IMG/VR virus record: IMGVR_UViG_3300013121_000041
Location: 1-64,000 of that record
Origin: a virus
Lineage: Duplodnaviria; Caudoviricetes
DNA length: 64,000 nt
Strand: one strand, 5' to 3'
Part shown: positions 1-8,841 of the stretch, in pieces
Layout of the letters: each line of letters starts with the position of its first letter
Position numbering within the stretch: the first letter of the stretch is position 1
The notes under the pieces: model-generated
The model's input: only the letters and a program-made list of their open reading frames with translations
Database searches by the model: none
Told to the model about the DNA's origin: nothing
Translations under genes and position numbers: made by a program

Positions 1-827
1 ACGATGTACGTGGACGTTCCGTCGGGGGCCACCGAGAAGTTCGACGTGACCGTGGCGATGCGTGATGAACCGGTGTAGGTATTGATCTTCCGCACCTGCC
101 CAGCGCCGGTCCCCGCCGAAATGTAGACGCCCATCGAATTGTAATAATTGTTGTTGGCCGAAGCCCCGGTCGAGAGGGTGATCGTCGACGTCGTTCCGGC
201 CTGTGCCGTCCCGGCGTGATAGTGATACCCGGAACCACCTGCGGTAACGACGGTCGTCTCGATCCCGGAGGTCACGGCGGCGGCCTGAACGTCCCACTGC
301 GTGGAGGAATCGTCGGCGTCGAGTGTTTTGACCGGGATGTAGGAACCCGTCATGAATTTCAGGATGCTCGCCGGAGAGAGCGTGAACATATACTTCCACT
401 GATAGCCGTCGGCGGTGGTGATGACCGCCGTCGAAGTTCCAGACGGTTCGTAAGTTGACGCCACCCCACCATTATTCGACAGACATTTGTAAACGTCGTA
501 GTTGCCGGTGACAACGTAAAACTGCCCATCGTGGAACGTCGTGTTCGATGCGTAGGGGGTGTAGACGGTCCCCGTCGTCCAGTTGTACCGGACGGCACCG
601 TATGAAACGTCGACGACGTTCACCTTCTTGAAAGAGAGGGCATCGTCCCAGACTCGATACTGCATGGCGTCGATCGTGTCGGCCGTCGTATCGGGGGAAT
701 TTTCGTCCGACCACTCCGTCGGCCTCCCGATGAACAGATACAAATTGCTCGTATCCGCCTCACTCAGCATTTTCTTAAACTGAGTGGCGTTGTAAAGGCG
801 AAAATTCTTTGAAATGGTCGTCGGCAT
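1..827 (-). CDS. gp8: Baseplate wedge subunit gp8-like (runs off the window, 3' partial)
   Basis: Not in the ORF track. Manual translation from ATG at 827: MPTTISKNFRLYNATQF...LYLFIGRPTEW...RYNWTTGTVY...VYKCLSNNGG...DGYQWKYMFTL, typical gp8 motifs. GGAGG RBS and CTAAATA upstream; follows gp7. Confidence 0.88.
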   Translation of the reverse strand, partial: MPTTISKNFRLYNATQFKKMLSEADTSNLYLFIGRPTEWSDENSPDTTADTIDAMQYRVWDDALSFKKVNVVDVSYGAVRYNWTTGTVYTPYASNTTFHDGQFYVVTGNYDVYKCLSNNGGVASTYEPSGTSTAVITTADGYQWKYMFTLSPASILKFMTGSYIPVKTLDADDSSTQWDVQAAAVTSGIETTVVTAGGSGYHYHAGTAQAGTTSTITLSTGASANNNYYNSMGVYISAGTGAGQVRKINTYTGSSRIATVTSNFSVAPDGTSTYI

Positions 828-845
828 CCTAACCCTCCGGTCCTT

Positions 846-852
846 TATTTAG
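846..852 (-). promoter_or_regulatory. T4-type late promoter (CTAAATA)
   Basis: TAAATA core ~20 nt upstream of the gp8 start; the same motif recurs before many late genes. Confidence 0.6.
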
Positions 853-855
853 CTG

Positions 856-2196
856 TTAAATCGTGGGGTCGATGGTGAAATTCGAATCCGAGAGCGCAAC
901 CCAAGCGTACTCGGGGGCGATGCGCATCGCTGTGTCTGAATAGACGGACGAGACGACGTAGACCCCGTTGGCCGAATGGGGTACGTCTGAGATGGCGATG
1001 AGGGCGTCGGCCTCAAGTTCCGTCTCGAAAATCGTCCCGGTGCCGAATAGGATGTTCGGGCTGCCCAACAGGCCGAGGGGAACGACGCCCCACGTTGAAA
1101 TCGGATCGGTCAGATCGGCGATGGTGTCCGAACTCGTATGGACGGTCCCGGTTCCGGCGACGGGAGAAGAGTGTCGCAACGACGACGCTACGGTAACGGT
1201 GAGGTCTTCGGTGAAACTGATGGAAATTTTGTACGGGAACGTGATGGACGTCGAGACGGTCGTCCCCGCCGCCGACACGAGGACCGTGTAGACGAGCGCC
1301 TGATGAGTTACGTCAACGTTGATCTCAAGTTCCGGGGAGGCGTCGATGACGATCTGTTCGGTGACACATCCGAAGAGTTTCGACCCGCTCGGGTGCGCCA
1401 GTTTGTAGATCGGCTTGCGCCAATCATTGACGTTCTTCGTCGTCTTGATGACGTAGGAATATTCCTGATAGTACCAGTTGTCTTGCAGGTACTTGTCCGA
1501 CGAAATGAACCCCTCGGTCCCGATCCATCGACCGGAATCCTCAAGGAGACCTTCGGAAGTTATCGTGGCGAGAGTTCGACCGCCCACCTGATTTTCGAGG
1601 ATCGATTCCCCCTTCACGAACGTCCCGTACACGGAACTCACGTACATCGACGTCACGTCGCCGCCGATCGTCGTCTGCGTGTCGATGCGGTCGATGATGG
1701 CCGTCGCACCGGAAGTTCCACCGACGATCTGTGGGTACGTCATTGGATCGTCGACGGCGACGTTGACGACGAGCCTCCGCTCGACGGTCCAGCGGCCGTC
1801 CGACGCCCTGAGAATGTCATCGCCGGGATAGTAGAATTCGATCTCCTCACCATAGAGGATGCGGAACAGGAGGCGGAACGCCCGCTCCGATCCCTTCGCC
1901 CTGTAAAAATCGAGGATGTGACGCATGACGAGACGTTCGTCGGCGGCGATGTCCCTCGGGAGATTTTCAAGAAATTCATCATGGAGGAACGTCAGGAAAT
2001 CTGCCGCCGTCGTCGCACTGTCCCGATAGTGGATGAGATCGCGACCCTCGCCGACCGCCTGACCTTCCGACGCCAGCCACTCGTAATAGTACTTGACGAA
2101 GGTAACGAGCGTCCCCGCCTCCTCGCGAAAATATTCCGGGAATTGCGTGTCGATAAAAATCTGGACGTTCTTATCGATCGTCGGCGTCGTCGTCAT
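856..2196 (-). CDS. gp7: Baseplate wedge initiator gp7-like
   Basis: QFPEYFREE..FVKYYYEWL, FYRAKGSERAFRLLFRILYGEE, LQDNWYYQEYSYVIK..HPSG motifs; lies between gp6 and gp8. Confidence 0.78.
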   Translation of the reverse strand: MTTTPTIDKNVQIFIDTQFPEYFREEAGTLVTFVKYYYEWLASEGQAVGEGRDLIHYRDSATTAADFLTFLHDEFLENLPRDIAADERLVMRHILDFYRAKGSERAFRLLFRILYGEEIEFYYPGDDILRASDGRWTVERRLVVNVAVDDPMTYPQIVGGTSGATAIIDRIDTQTTIGGDVTSMYVSSVYGTFVKGESILENQVGGRTLATITSEGLLEDSGRWIGTEGFISSDKYLQDNWYYQEYSYVIKTTKNVNDWRKPIYKLAHPSGSKLFGCVTEQIVIDASPELEINVDVTHQALVYTVLVSAAGTTVSTSITFPYKISISFTEDLTVTVASSLRHSSPVAGTGTVHTSSDTIADLTDPISTWGVVPLGLLGSPNILFGTGTIFETELEADALIAISDVPHSANGVYVVSSVYSDTAMRIAPEYAWVALSDSNFTIDPTI

Positions 2197-4091
2197 AGGA
2201 TGACCGGCGTCAGGATGGAGTTCGTCTGCAACGGCGACCAGTTACCGGCGACCGAGGCCGTTCCGGTCTTCGTCGTCATCGCCTTCACGATGTCATAGAT
2301 TGAGACGGTCGGATGTGAAAACAGGACGATCTCGTTGTCGCTGGGGATGTACGACGGGAGTTTCGGTCTGGCGTAGACCCTCAGTTCCGACGCCCCCGTC
2401 GGGAGCGATTCGAACGTGATGGAATTGATCACGACCGTCCCCGACGAATAGTCGACGGTCCCGGCGTTCACGTTGATCCACACCTTGTTGTACGTCGCGT
2501 CGTAATGATAGATGCGCAACTTTCCGTTACCGTCGTCGTCGAAATAACATTGATTGGCGTTTCCAGCGATGTAAAATGGCTCGGACGTGATCGTGCCCAA
2601 ATGCCCCGAATATGGGAGATCGAGCGTAGCGTTGAACGAAAGTTTATACGTGATCGTACTGAGCGAGACCGGAGTGATCCTCTTTTCCAACTTCACGTCG
2701 ATGTTCGTCGAAACGATCGAACCATCGAGGGCATCGATGGCGGCGGCGAATTTCGACAGGTAGAACCCCTTTCGGAATACGCCGAGGTTCGTCTTCTCCC
2801 AAGCGACTACTTTGTTGGCGATGAGCGTGTGGATCGCGTCCGAACTAAGTGTCGTGAGCGTGGGGTCGTAGTGAACGACGACCCCCATCGTGATGTACGT
2901 CAGGATCGGATCGACGAACAGCGGGTCGATCGACATCACCGTCCATTTTGCCAGTTCCCGTTTGATCTCCGACTTCCGCCACGCCGAGATCGTGTATCCC
3001 TGAACCGGTTTACAGGCGACGAGAACCTTGCCGTAATACGGCGGATCGTGTTTTTCCCCACCCATGACCGAGACCGAATCGATCTCCGGGTAATTGGACA
3101 GGATGAACGACCGGTAGTCGTCCTCCGTGACGAGACGGCGCTGTCTGCCGAAATATTTCGGTGCCGAGAACCTGACGGAATCGACCGTCTCTCTGGAGGA
3201 CCCACCGGAAGTCCGGCTCTGTGCACGGATCGTCGTCGGCGTGTAGGTGACGGCGATATTGTCGATATTATACCCAATGTGGGAATTTGTGGATATATCG
3301 GAAATTCCATTGGCGAGCGCACCGAGACAGAAACGTCCCTCGACGACGATCACGTTTCCGGTTTCGAGGGCGACGCCGAGGACCCCGTCGCCGAACGAAA
3401 TCGTCCAGTTGCCGTTATAGTCTTCCTCAAGGTAGTAGACCGTTGAATCGCCCTCAACCTCGACGATGTCTTCCGCCAACGTGTACTCAGTCTTGTCGGT
3501 GGTGACGTCGTTCTCCTTGACGTACACCCGTAACGACGTGGAATCGAGATTATAGTTCGGTATCTGGAACGGTGCGTTGTTGCCGTTATAAATGAACTTC
3601 CACGTCAGGACGATCCCCTCGTAGACGGTGACGGTCTTCGTGTAACTACCGCCGGTCGATGGCGTGACATTATAATCATCGTGGGTGACGAATTGGAGGG
3701 TCTCGCCGTTCTCCGAAATCGCCGAGAACCGGGTGTATTTCGGGATGACGATCTGTGCGGGGTCGTCGTTCGGGAGAAAATTCAGATAGAGCGTCGTCAT
3801 TGCCGATCGCATCGACCGGGGGACGTAACCGAGTTCCTTGGCCCGTGAGACGACGTTCTCGCGGAGGATCGCGGTATCGAGAAAATTCTCGTTGCCCACC
3901 ATATTCAGGTAATAGGCGTTGTGGTAAGTGTTGACGGCGAGAACGTCGAGGAGCGTCGACATGGTCGAAGCGTCGAAATCGTAGTCCTGAAATTCCCGTT
4001 TCGTGCGCAAGTAATTCTTGAGATTGTCCTTGATCTCGAAGAAATTCAGTTCGGAAACGCGCAACTGTTTCGCCGTGGTTTCAACCATCAA
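2193..4091 (-). CDS. gp6: Baseplate wedge subunit gp6
   Basis: ELNFFEIKDNLKNYL..DYDFDAS..LLDVLA..FLDTA..SRAKELGYVPRS; FGDGVLG; RLVTEDDY. Confidence 0.93.
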   Translation of the reverse strand: MMVETTAKQLRVSELNFFEIKDNLKNYLRTKREFQDYDFDASTMSTLLDVLAVNTYHNAYYLNMVGNENFLDTAILRENVVSRAKELGYVPRSMRSAMTTLYLNFLPNDDPAQIVIPKYTRFSAISENGETLQFVTHDDYNVTPSTGGSYTKTVTVYEGIVLTWKFIYNGNNAPFQIPNYNLDSTSLRVYVKENDVTTDKTEYTLAEDIVEVEGDSTVYYLEEDYNGNWTISFGDGVLGVALETGNVIVVEGRFCLGALANGISDISTNSHIGYNIDNIAVTYTPTTIRAQSRTSGGSSRETVDSVRFSAPKYFGRQRRLVTEDDYRSFILSNYPEIDSVSVMGGEKHDPPYYGKVLVACKPVQGYTISAWRKSEIKRELAKWTVMSIDPLFVDPILTYITMGVVVHYDPTLTTLSSDAIHTLIANKVVAWEKTNLGVFRKGFYLSKFAAAIDALDGSIVSTNIDVKLEKRITPVSLSTITYKLSFNATLDLPYSGHLGTITSEPFYIAGNANQCYFDDDGNGKLRIYHYDATYNKVWINVNAGTVDYSSGTVVINSITFESLPTGASELRVYARPKLPSYIPSDNEIVLFSHPTVSIYDIVKAMTTKTGTASVAGNWSPLQTNSILTPVIL

Positions 4092-4483
4092 CGGACCCTC
4101 TTCAAAAATACGTCGACCGTCTCCGGGGCGATGGCCGTCGTCGGGAGATAGGTGATCGACATGGTGTATGCGTTTTCATCGAGGTCGTTCTTGACGGACA
4201 CGTTCAGGACGGACGCCCTCGGTTCGTAAATTTGAAGGATGGCCTCGACGCGCGTTTTCAGGGCGGCGACGTCACCAGAGTCGAGATTTTCGAACAACGA
4301 CCCCTTTATCCCGGACCCCATTTCCGGCTGAAACGGACGCTCGAAGCGATTGGTCATGACGATGCAGCGGACCGCCTGTGCGAGGGCGGCACTATTGTTC
4401 AGGACCTTCAACTTGCCCGTCACGGGGTGCGCTTCGAAGCGCATGTCGAGGTCCGTCCAAATTCTGTCACGAGTGGGGCGCAT
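4088..4483 (-). CDS. gp25: Baseplate wedge subunit gp25
   Basis: DLDMRF..HPVTG..ERPFQPEMGS..LFE..YEPR..LKRVR, GPW/gp25 family; ATAAATA at 4488-4494. Confidence 0.9.
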   Translation of the reverse strand: MRPTRDRIWTDLDMRFEAHPVTGKLKVLNNSAALAQAVRCIVMTNRFERPFQPEMGSGIKGSLFENLDSGDVAALKTRVEAILQIYEPRASVLNVSVKNDLDENAYTMSITYLPTTAIAPETVDVFLKRVR

Positions 4484-4510
4484 GACTTATTTATGCGCCC
4501 CAGCCAAGGG

Positions 4511-5788
4511 TTAGATGTACCCCGCAACAGGTTCATTACCGGCGTAGACGGCCCCGTCCGGTCCGACGGTCCTGATGACCGGAAGTTCCTTTTTCACGGC
4601 CGTATCCTGACATTTCGACCGATCGACGACGACGTGAAAATACGCCCCCCCTCCGCTGGTATAGACGCAGTCTAGTTGTGAGGCGTTCTTGCAGATCGAC
4701 CGGATGTCCTTGGCGATGCCGTAGCAATTGTCACCGTAACCGGAGACCGAAATATCGAGGCCGAGACCGACGACGTGATTAAGTTCCCGCATCGGCACGT
4801 TCGTCGACACGTCGTTCAGGAACCCGGTGCGGACGTTGAGCGCCTGTCCGGCCGCACCGAGGAGACCCTCAAGCACGCCGCCGGACGACATCTGTAGATT
4901 CTGGACGATGCGCCACGCCGGGATGATCCCGGAAAACATGTTGTTCGACAGGTTCGGGTCCAGCACGGAGGAAAATTGCGGCATCCACTTGCCGAGAATC
5001 TGATGGAACGCCCCCTGCGTCAGGTGGCCGAGATTGAAGTTCTGCGACAGTTGCGTTCCCATGTTGATGAGCGTCTGTGGGGTGATCTGCCCAATACCAC
5101 CCCCCTGCGCCATGCCAGCGAGACCCTGCGTGAGGTTCAGAATACCGGACAGCGGGTTGTTCTGTGCCGACCCGAGGAATTGCTGGAAGTGCGCCCTGCC
5201 GTTCGGCATCCGTTTATGGAAGAAATCGTACACCTCCCGATTCTTCCGCTTGACCTTCTTCTTGTTGTGTTCCTTGAACCAGACGACGTCGTTCTTCACC
5301 TTTGCACCGGGGGAGGGGGCCGGTTCCTCCGGCTTCTGTTCGGCGAGTTTGCGTTTTTCCTCGACCTTCGCCGCACCCCCGAGGACCGAAGCCATGAAGA
5401 CTTCGGCCCGTTGTGGATCGCGACCCAGCGTTGAACGGAGTTCCTGAACCTGTTGCAGGGTTTCCTTGGCGACGGACATCGCGTCGGGAGCGCCGCCCGT
5501 TATGTCCTTCTTCCAGTCACACATGAACAGGAGGAAGTCGGCGGGACAGCCAGTTTTCGCCGTCGCCTCCTTTATGTCCTTGAACGTCTGGTCGTCGACC
5601 TTCCCCTTGAGTTCCGGTTCGCCGGAATTTGCGAGCTTTCGGTAGTTGTTGATGTTCGGGATCACGCCCTCCGAAGAGAACGTCGGGTGTCCCTCGTCCT
5701 TGACGGCAGACTGGATGATCGGACCGGGCTGTTCGTCGCCGTCCGGGTTCCCCCCCATCTCGCCGAAGGGTAAGTTAAAATCGTACAT
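4511..5788 (-). CDS. Baseplate-associated protein with degenerate lytic-transglycosylase-like and M15-peptidase-like segments
   Basis: 425-aa ORF between gp5 and gp25; LGRDPQRAEVFMASVLG resembles SLT motifs, NH..GLGLDI...FHVVV resembles the M15 fold. Confidence 0.45.
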   Translation of the reverse strand: MYDFNLPFGEMGGNPDGDEQPGPIIQSAVKDEGHPTFSSEGVIPNINNYRKLANSGEPELKGKVDDQTFKDIKEATAKTGCPADFLLFMCDWKKDITGGAPDAMSVAKETLQQVQELRSTLGRDPQRAEVFMASVLGGAAKVEEKRKLAEQKPEEPAPSPGAKVKNDVVWFKEHNKKKVKRKNREVYDFFHKRMPNGRAHFQQFLGSAQNNPLSGILNLTQGLAGMAQGGGIGQITPQTLINMGTQLSQNFNLGHLTQGAFHQILGKWMPQFSSVLDPNLSNNMFSGIIPAWRIVQNLQMSSGGVLEGLLGAAGQALNVRTGFLNDVSTNVPMRELNHVVGLGLDISVSGYGDNCYGIAKDIRSICKNASQLDCVYTSGGGAYFHVVVDRSKCQDTAVKKELPVIRTVGPDGAVYAGNEPVAGYI

Positions 5789-5796
5789 ATGCGGTC

Positions 5797-8700
5797 CTAT
5801 TGAACTGGGTATCTATTGTTAATTGCCATGTAAACGTCGAAGGCTTGGTTCCACTGATCCAGTGTGAGATAATTTCTCCCTTCGGCGGTGGCCATCGATT
5901 GCATGAACGGCACCATAAAATTCCGGTCCTCAAGCATCGCCTCTGTAACGACCATGTTACTGTCCCAGCCCGGCAATGAATCTCTGTGGTGTCCAGACCA
6001 CGTGTAGTTGATGTCTCCTATCGTCGATCCATCCCCGTAATTATTTCCATTCAACAAAAGGTCCATATTGGACGCCGCCCCATAAACGGGGTCTGGAAAG
6101 TTGGCGATCCTATTTCCATCCGCAAGAACACCATAACCGGTCATACCATAAAGTTCTGCCCGCTGGTTGGGCCATTGTGCTCCCGGATTGTTATAACGAT
6201 CTGCGGCCTGTCGCCCATCATAGGGAATGTTATCTATCGTATTCCGCGCCCCTTCATTATTTGGGGGAAGGTTCTCAATCGGATTAGCGCCGGTGTCGAA
6301 CACAGATTGACCGTCGTTATCTTTGTTGCCGTAGGGCGAGTCGCCATCGATGGCATCCGGATGTTCTCCGGCCCCCTCGTCCTTCTCAACTTTCTTGCGT
6401 GGTCCGGGTGCAGCGATGTCGACGGTGTCGGCGTCCGCCGCCCCCTTCGGTTTCTTCGGCGAAACTGCACCACCACCATTTTGGTGATCGGCCGCGATGT
6501 GATTTCCGCCGGAGATGATGTTCCCCGATGTTTCGAGGAGACCCTTGAGTTTCGTCTGTGCGGTGATCCCCAACTGGGTTCCCTCCATCGCGATCTCCGA
6601 AGACGCCTTGAGACCGATGTCCCCACCGGTCGATTGGAGGTTGATCGATTTACCCTTGATGTTGACGGCCTCCGCACCCTCAAGATTGAGGTCGCCGAGG
6701 GACTTCAAATGAATCCCCCCGTCGGCATGGATCAACAATTTCTTGACGCGAATCTGCCCGACGTCACCGGCCGAAACGTCATACTTACCGGCGACGGTCA
6801 TTTTATGATCGTTGTGCGACTGCACTTCATAGGAGCCGTCGGCGTCGATGGAAACGTCCGACGTTGACCTGATCCCCATCGATCCCCGTGACGACAGGTG
6901 ATAGTCGCCGAGGGCGGAGTTGAATTGGTTCTTCATCGCCGTCGTGTAGATGTTCTGCCCCTTCTGGATGACGGACCCCTTGTGATTGATCTGAAACTGC
7001 GATCCCGACTTGTGTTCGAAATTCAGACGTTCGACGCCGGGCGTAGAATCGATCTCGATTTTGCCGCCGGAGCGACCCTGCCACACCTGATTGTACGGAT
7101 ATTGCGGAGATTTTGGATTCTGCGGTTCGCCGAACGTCCGTCCCCCGGTCGCCGGGATACCATTCACACGCCCACCGCCTTGATTTGATCGAGTGGCCGG
7201 GAGATTGTTGTTCATCCCACGCGCCGAATCGGGGGTCGATGGTTTCCCCTTATCCTGACCGTAAGGTTGTGAGTTCGATGGGTCTTTGAATCCGGTTCCA
7301 TTGCCGGACGAGTTCGGATTGTTATACCCAGAGGTCCCCCCCTTTAGATCATTGTTGAATATCTGATTGGCCGACCAAGCATCTTTGTTAACACTCTCCC
7401 ACCCCCTATAACGTTCGAACGCCCCCATCGCCGCCGCTGCTTCGGTCGGCGTTTGTGCGGCACGCAGCATATTACCGGCACTACGTTCCGTCGTTTCCAA
7501 TTCATTGTAAAAAAATATAATCTGCGTTGCCGAATCGTTCCAACTCGTTCCGTTTTGAGCGGCAAAATTTTGCAGTGCCGTCAAACGCGACCCGTTCCAT
7601 TGAGCTTGCCCCCAAGATATTCCGTTATCTCCGGTCGTATCAAACGGATTGAAATTAGATTCGCGCTTGATCGCCGCCAATATTCCGGAAAGTTGTGCGT
7701 CCGTATAACCACGCGCACGCCCCTCATCGATGAACCCCTGTCGATTTGCCTCGCGCGACGTCCCATCGATGGACCCCGGTTCAACGACTCCGCTATCTTT
7801 ATCGCTCGTCGTCGCATCGTCTTTCGCGGAAGAACTGCTTAAATCCGTGGCGTCGCTCGACCCCTTATCCGTTCCGCTCGACGACGTGTTCGCGGCCGGT
7901 TGTTGGCCCGGCGACGTCCGTGAGTTCGCGAACGGACGACATCCATCTCTCCACCCGGCTTTCATCAGCGCTGCTTTGAGACCTCCCTTATCATCTCTGT
8001 AAACAACGCCACTAGGTCTCGTGTCGATATGAAGGAACGTTCGATACATCCCGAACCCTGTAAATCCGGCTTTGAATGCCTGAATGGCAGTTTCTATCGT
8101 TCCTCCCCCAATATCAAATGCCCGTCCCATGGTATGGTACGAATCCTTCGCGGCCCCCTTCCCCTCACGTCGCAATTGTTCGTTATATTGTGGACTTCGG
8201 TATCCACTGTTAATCTTTAATTTCCCCGGAATGGCGTCTAGGGCCAAACCGGACGCCAGATGCAAGTGCAAAGTTTCCGTTCCCCTACATTGAAGTTCTT
8301 TCGGCGAATATTTCTTCAATGGCCAGTTCGACGCCTGTGCATGGCCGATGTAGATGTTGTTGTCGCCGGTCTGCGCTCCGGCACCGGGGGCACCCTGACT
8401 TGGGGGCATCGACGACGGCTCCTTGGCGGACGCCGGAGGATCGCCGGGCTTGCCGCGCTCAACTGGCTGACCGTGGTATGGCGGTCCAGACGTGTAGGGC
8501 TTCGTCGAGTTGCCGGGGTTCTTGCCGGAAGGACGGTTGACCTTCGGCATCACCCCCCAGACGACGGGATACTGGGCGGCGCGTCCGTCGGCGAAAAAGC
8601 CGACGACGATCGAACCATTCGGTATCTGCGTGGGGGACATCGTCGCCCCATCTTGCAGGAGGATCGCCCACGGGAGGTCCTGCGTCGGAATTTCACTCTG

Positions 8701-8841
8701 ACTCTCGGTGTGAAACCCGAAACACCGGACCTTCATCCGGCCGATTTGCAACGGATCGGCGGTGTCCTCGACGACGCCGAAGAAGAAGACGAATTGTCCC
8801 GTCCCGAGAAAATCTATTTCAGACCAGTCTGCCATTGTCAC
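5797..8841 (-). CDS. gp5: Baseplate hub/spike gp5 with several cell-wall hydrolase domains
   Basis: N-terminal OB fold (FFGVVED..DPLQIGRMKVRCFGFH..LPWA..VVGFFADG), YPYNQV..SG..EIDSTPG.ER gp5 motif, beta-helix repeats; internal M15 peptidase and tail-lysozyme motifs. Confidence 0.9.
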   Translation of the reverse strand: MTMADWSEIDFLGTGQFVFFFGVVEDTADPLQIGRMKVRCFGFHTESQSEIPTQDLPWAILLQDGATMSPTQIPNGSIVVGFFADGRAAQYPVVWGVMPKVNRPSGKNPGNSTKPYTSGPPYHGQPVERGKPGDPPASAKEPSSMPPSQGAPGAGAQTGDNNIYIGHAQASNWPLKKYSPKELQCRGTETLHLHLASGLALDAIPGKLKINSGYRSPQYNEQLRREGKGAAKDSYHTMGRAFDIGGGTIETAIQAFKAGFTGFGMYRTFLHIDTRPSGVVYRDDKGGLKAALMKAGWRDGCRPFANSRTSPGQQPAANTSSSGTDKGSSDATDLSSSSAKDDATTSDKDSGVVEPGSIDGTSREANRQGFIDEGRARGYTDAQLSGILAAIKRESNFNPFDTTGDNGISWGQAQWNGSRLTALQNFAAQNGTSWNDSATQIIFFYNELETTERSAGNMLRAAQTPTEAAAAMGAFERYRGWESVNKDAWSANQIFNNDLKGGTSGYNNPNSSGNGTGFKDPSNSQPYGQDKGKPSTPDSARGMNNNLPATRSNQGGGRVNGIPATGGRTFGEPQNPKSPQYPYNQVWQGRSGGKIEIDSTPGVERLNFEHKSGSQFQINHKGSVIQKGQNIYTTAMKNQFNSALGDYHLSSRGSMGIRSTSDVSIDADGSYEVQSHNDHKMTVAGKYDVSAGDVGQIRVKKLLIHADGGIHLKSLGDLNLEGAEAVNIKGKSINLQSTGGDIGLKASSEIAMEGTQLGITAQTKLKGLLETSGNIISGGNHIAADHQNGGGAVSPKKPKGAADADTVDIAAPGPRKKVEKDEGAGEHPDAIDGDSPYGNKDNDGQSVFDTGANPIENLPPNNEGARNTIDNIPYDGRQAADRYNNPGAQWPNQRAELYGMTGYGVLADGNRIANFPDPVYGAASNMDLLLNGNNYGDGSTIGDINYTWSGHHRDSLPGWDSNMVVTEAMLEDRNFMVPFMQSMATAEGRNYLTLDQWNQAFDVYMAINNRYPVQ

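Noticed and set aside
1138-3446. Long opposite-strand ORFs (1138-2298, 2505-3446; also 15624-16817, 31681-32661, 38642-39598, 51806-52897)
   Set aside because: Antisense shadows of well-supported genes, produced by codon bias; no motifs or RBS.
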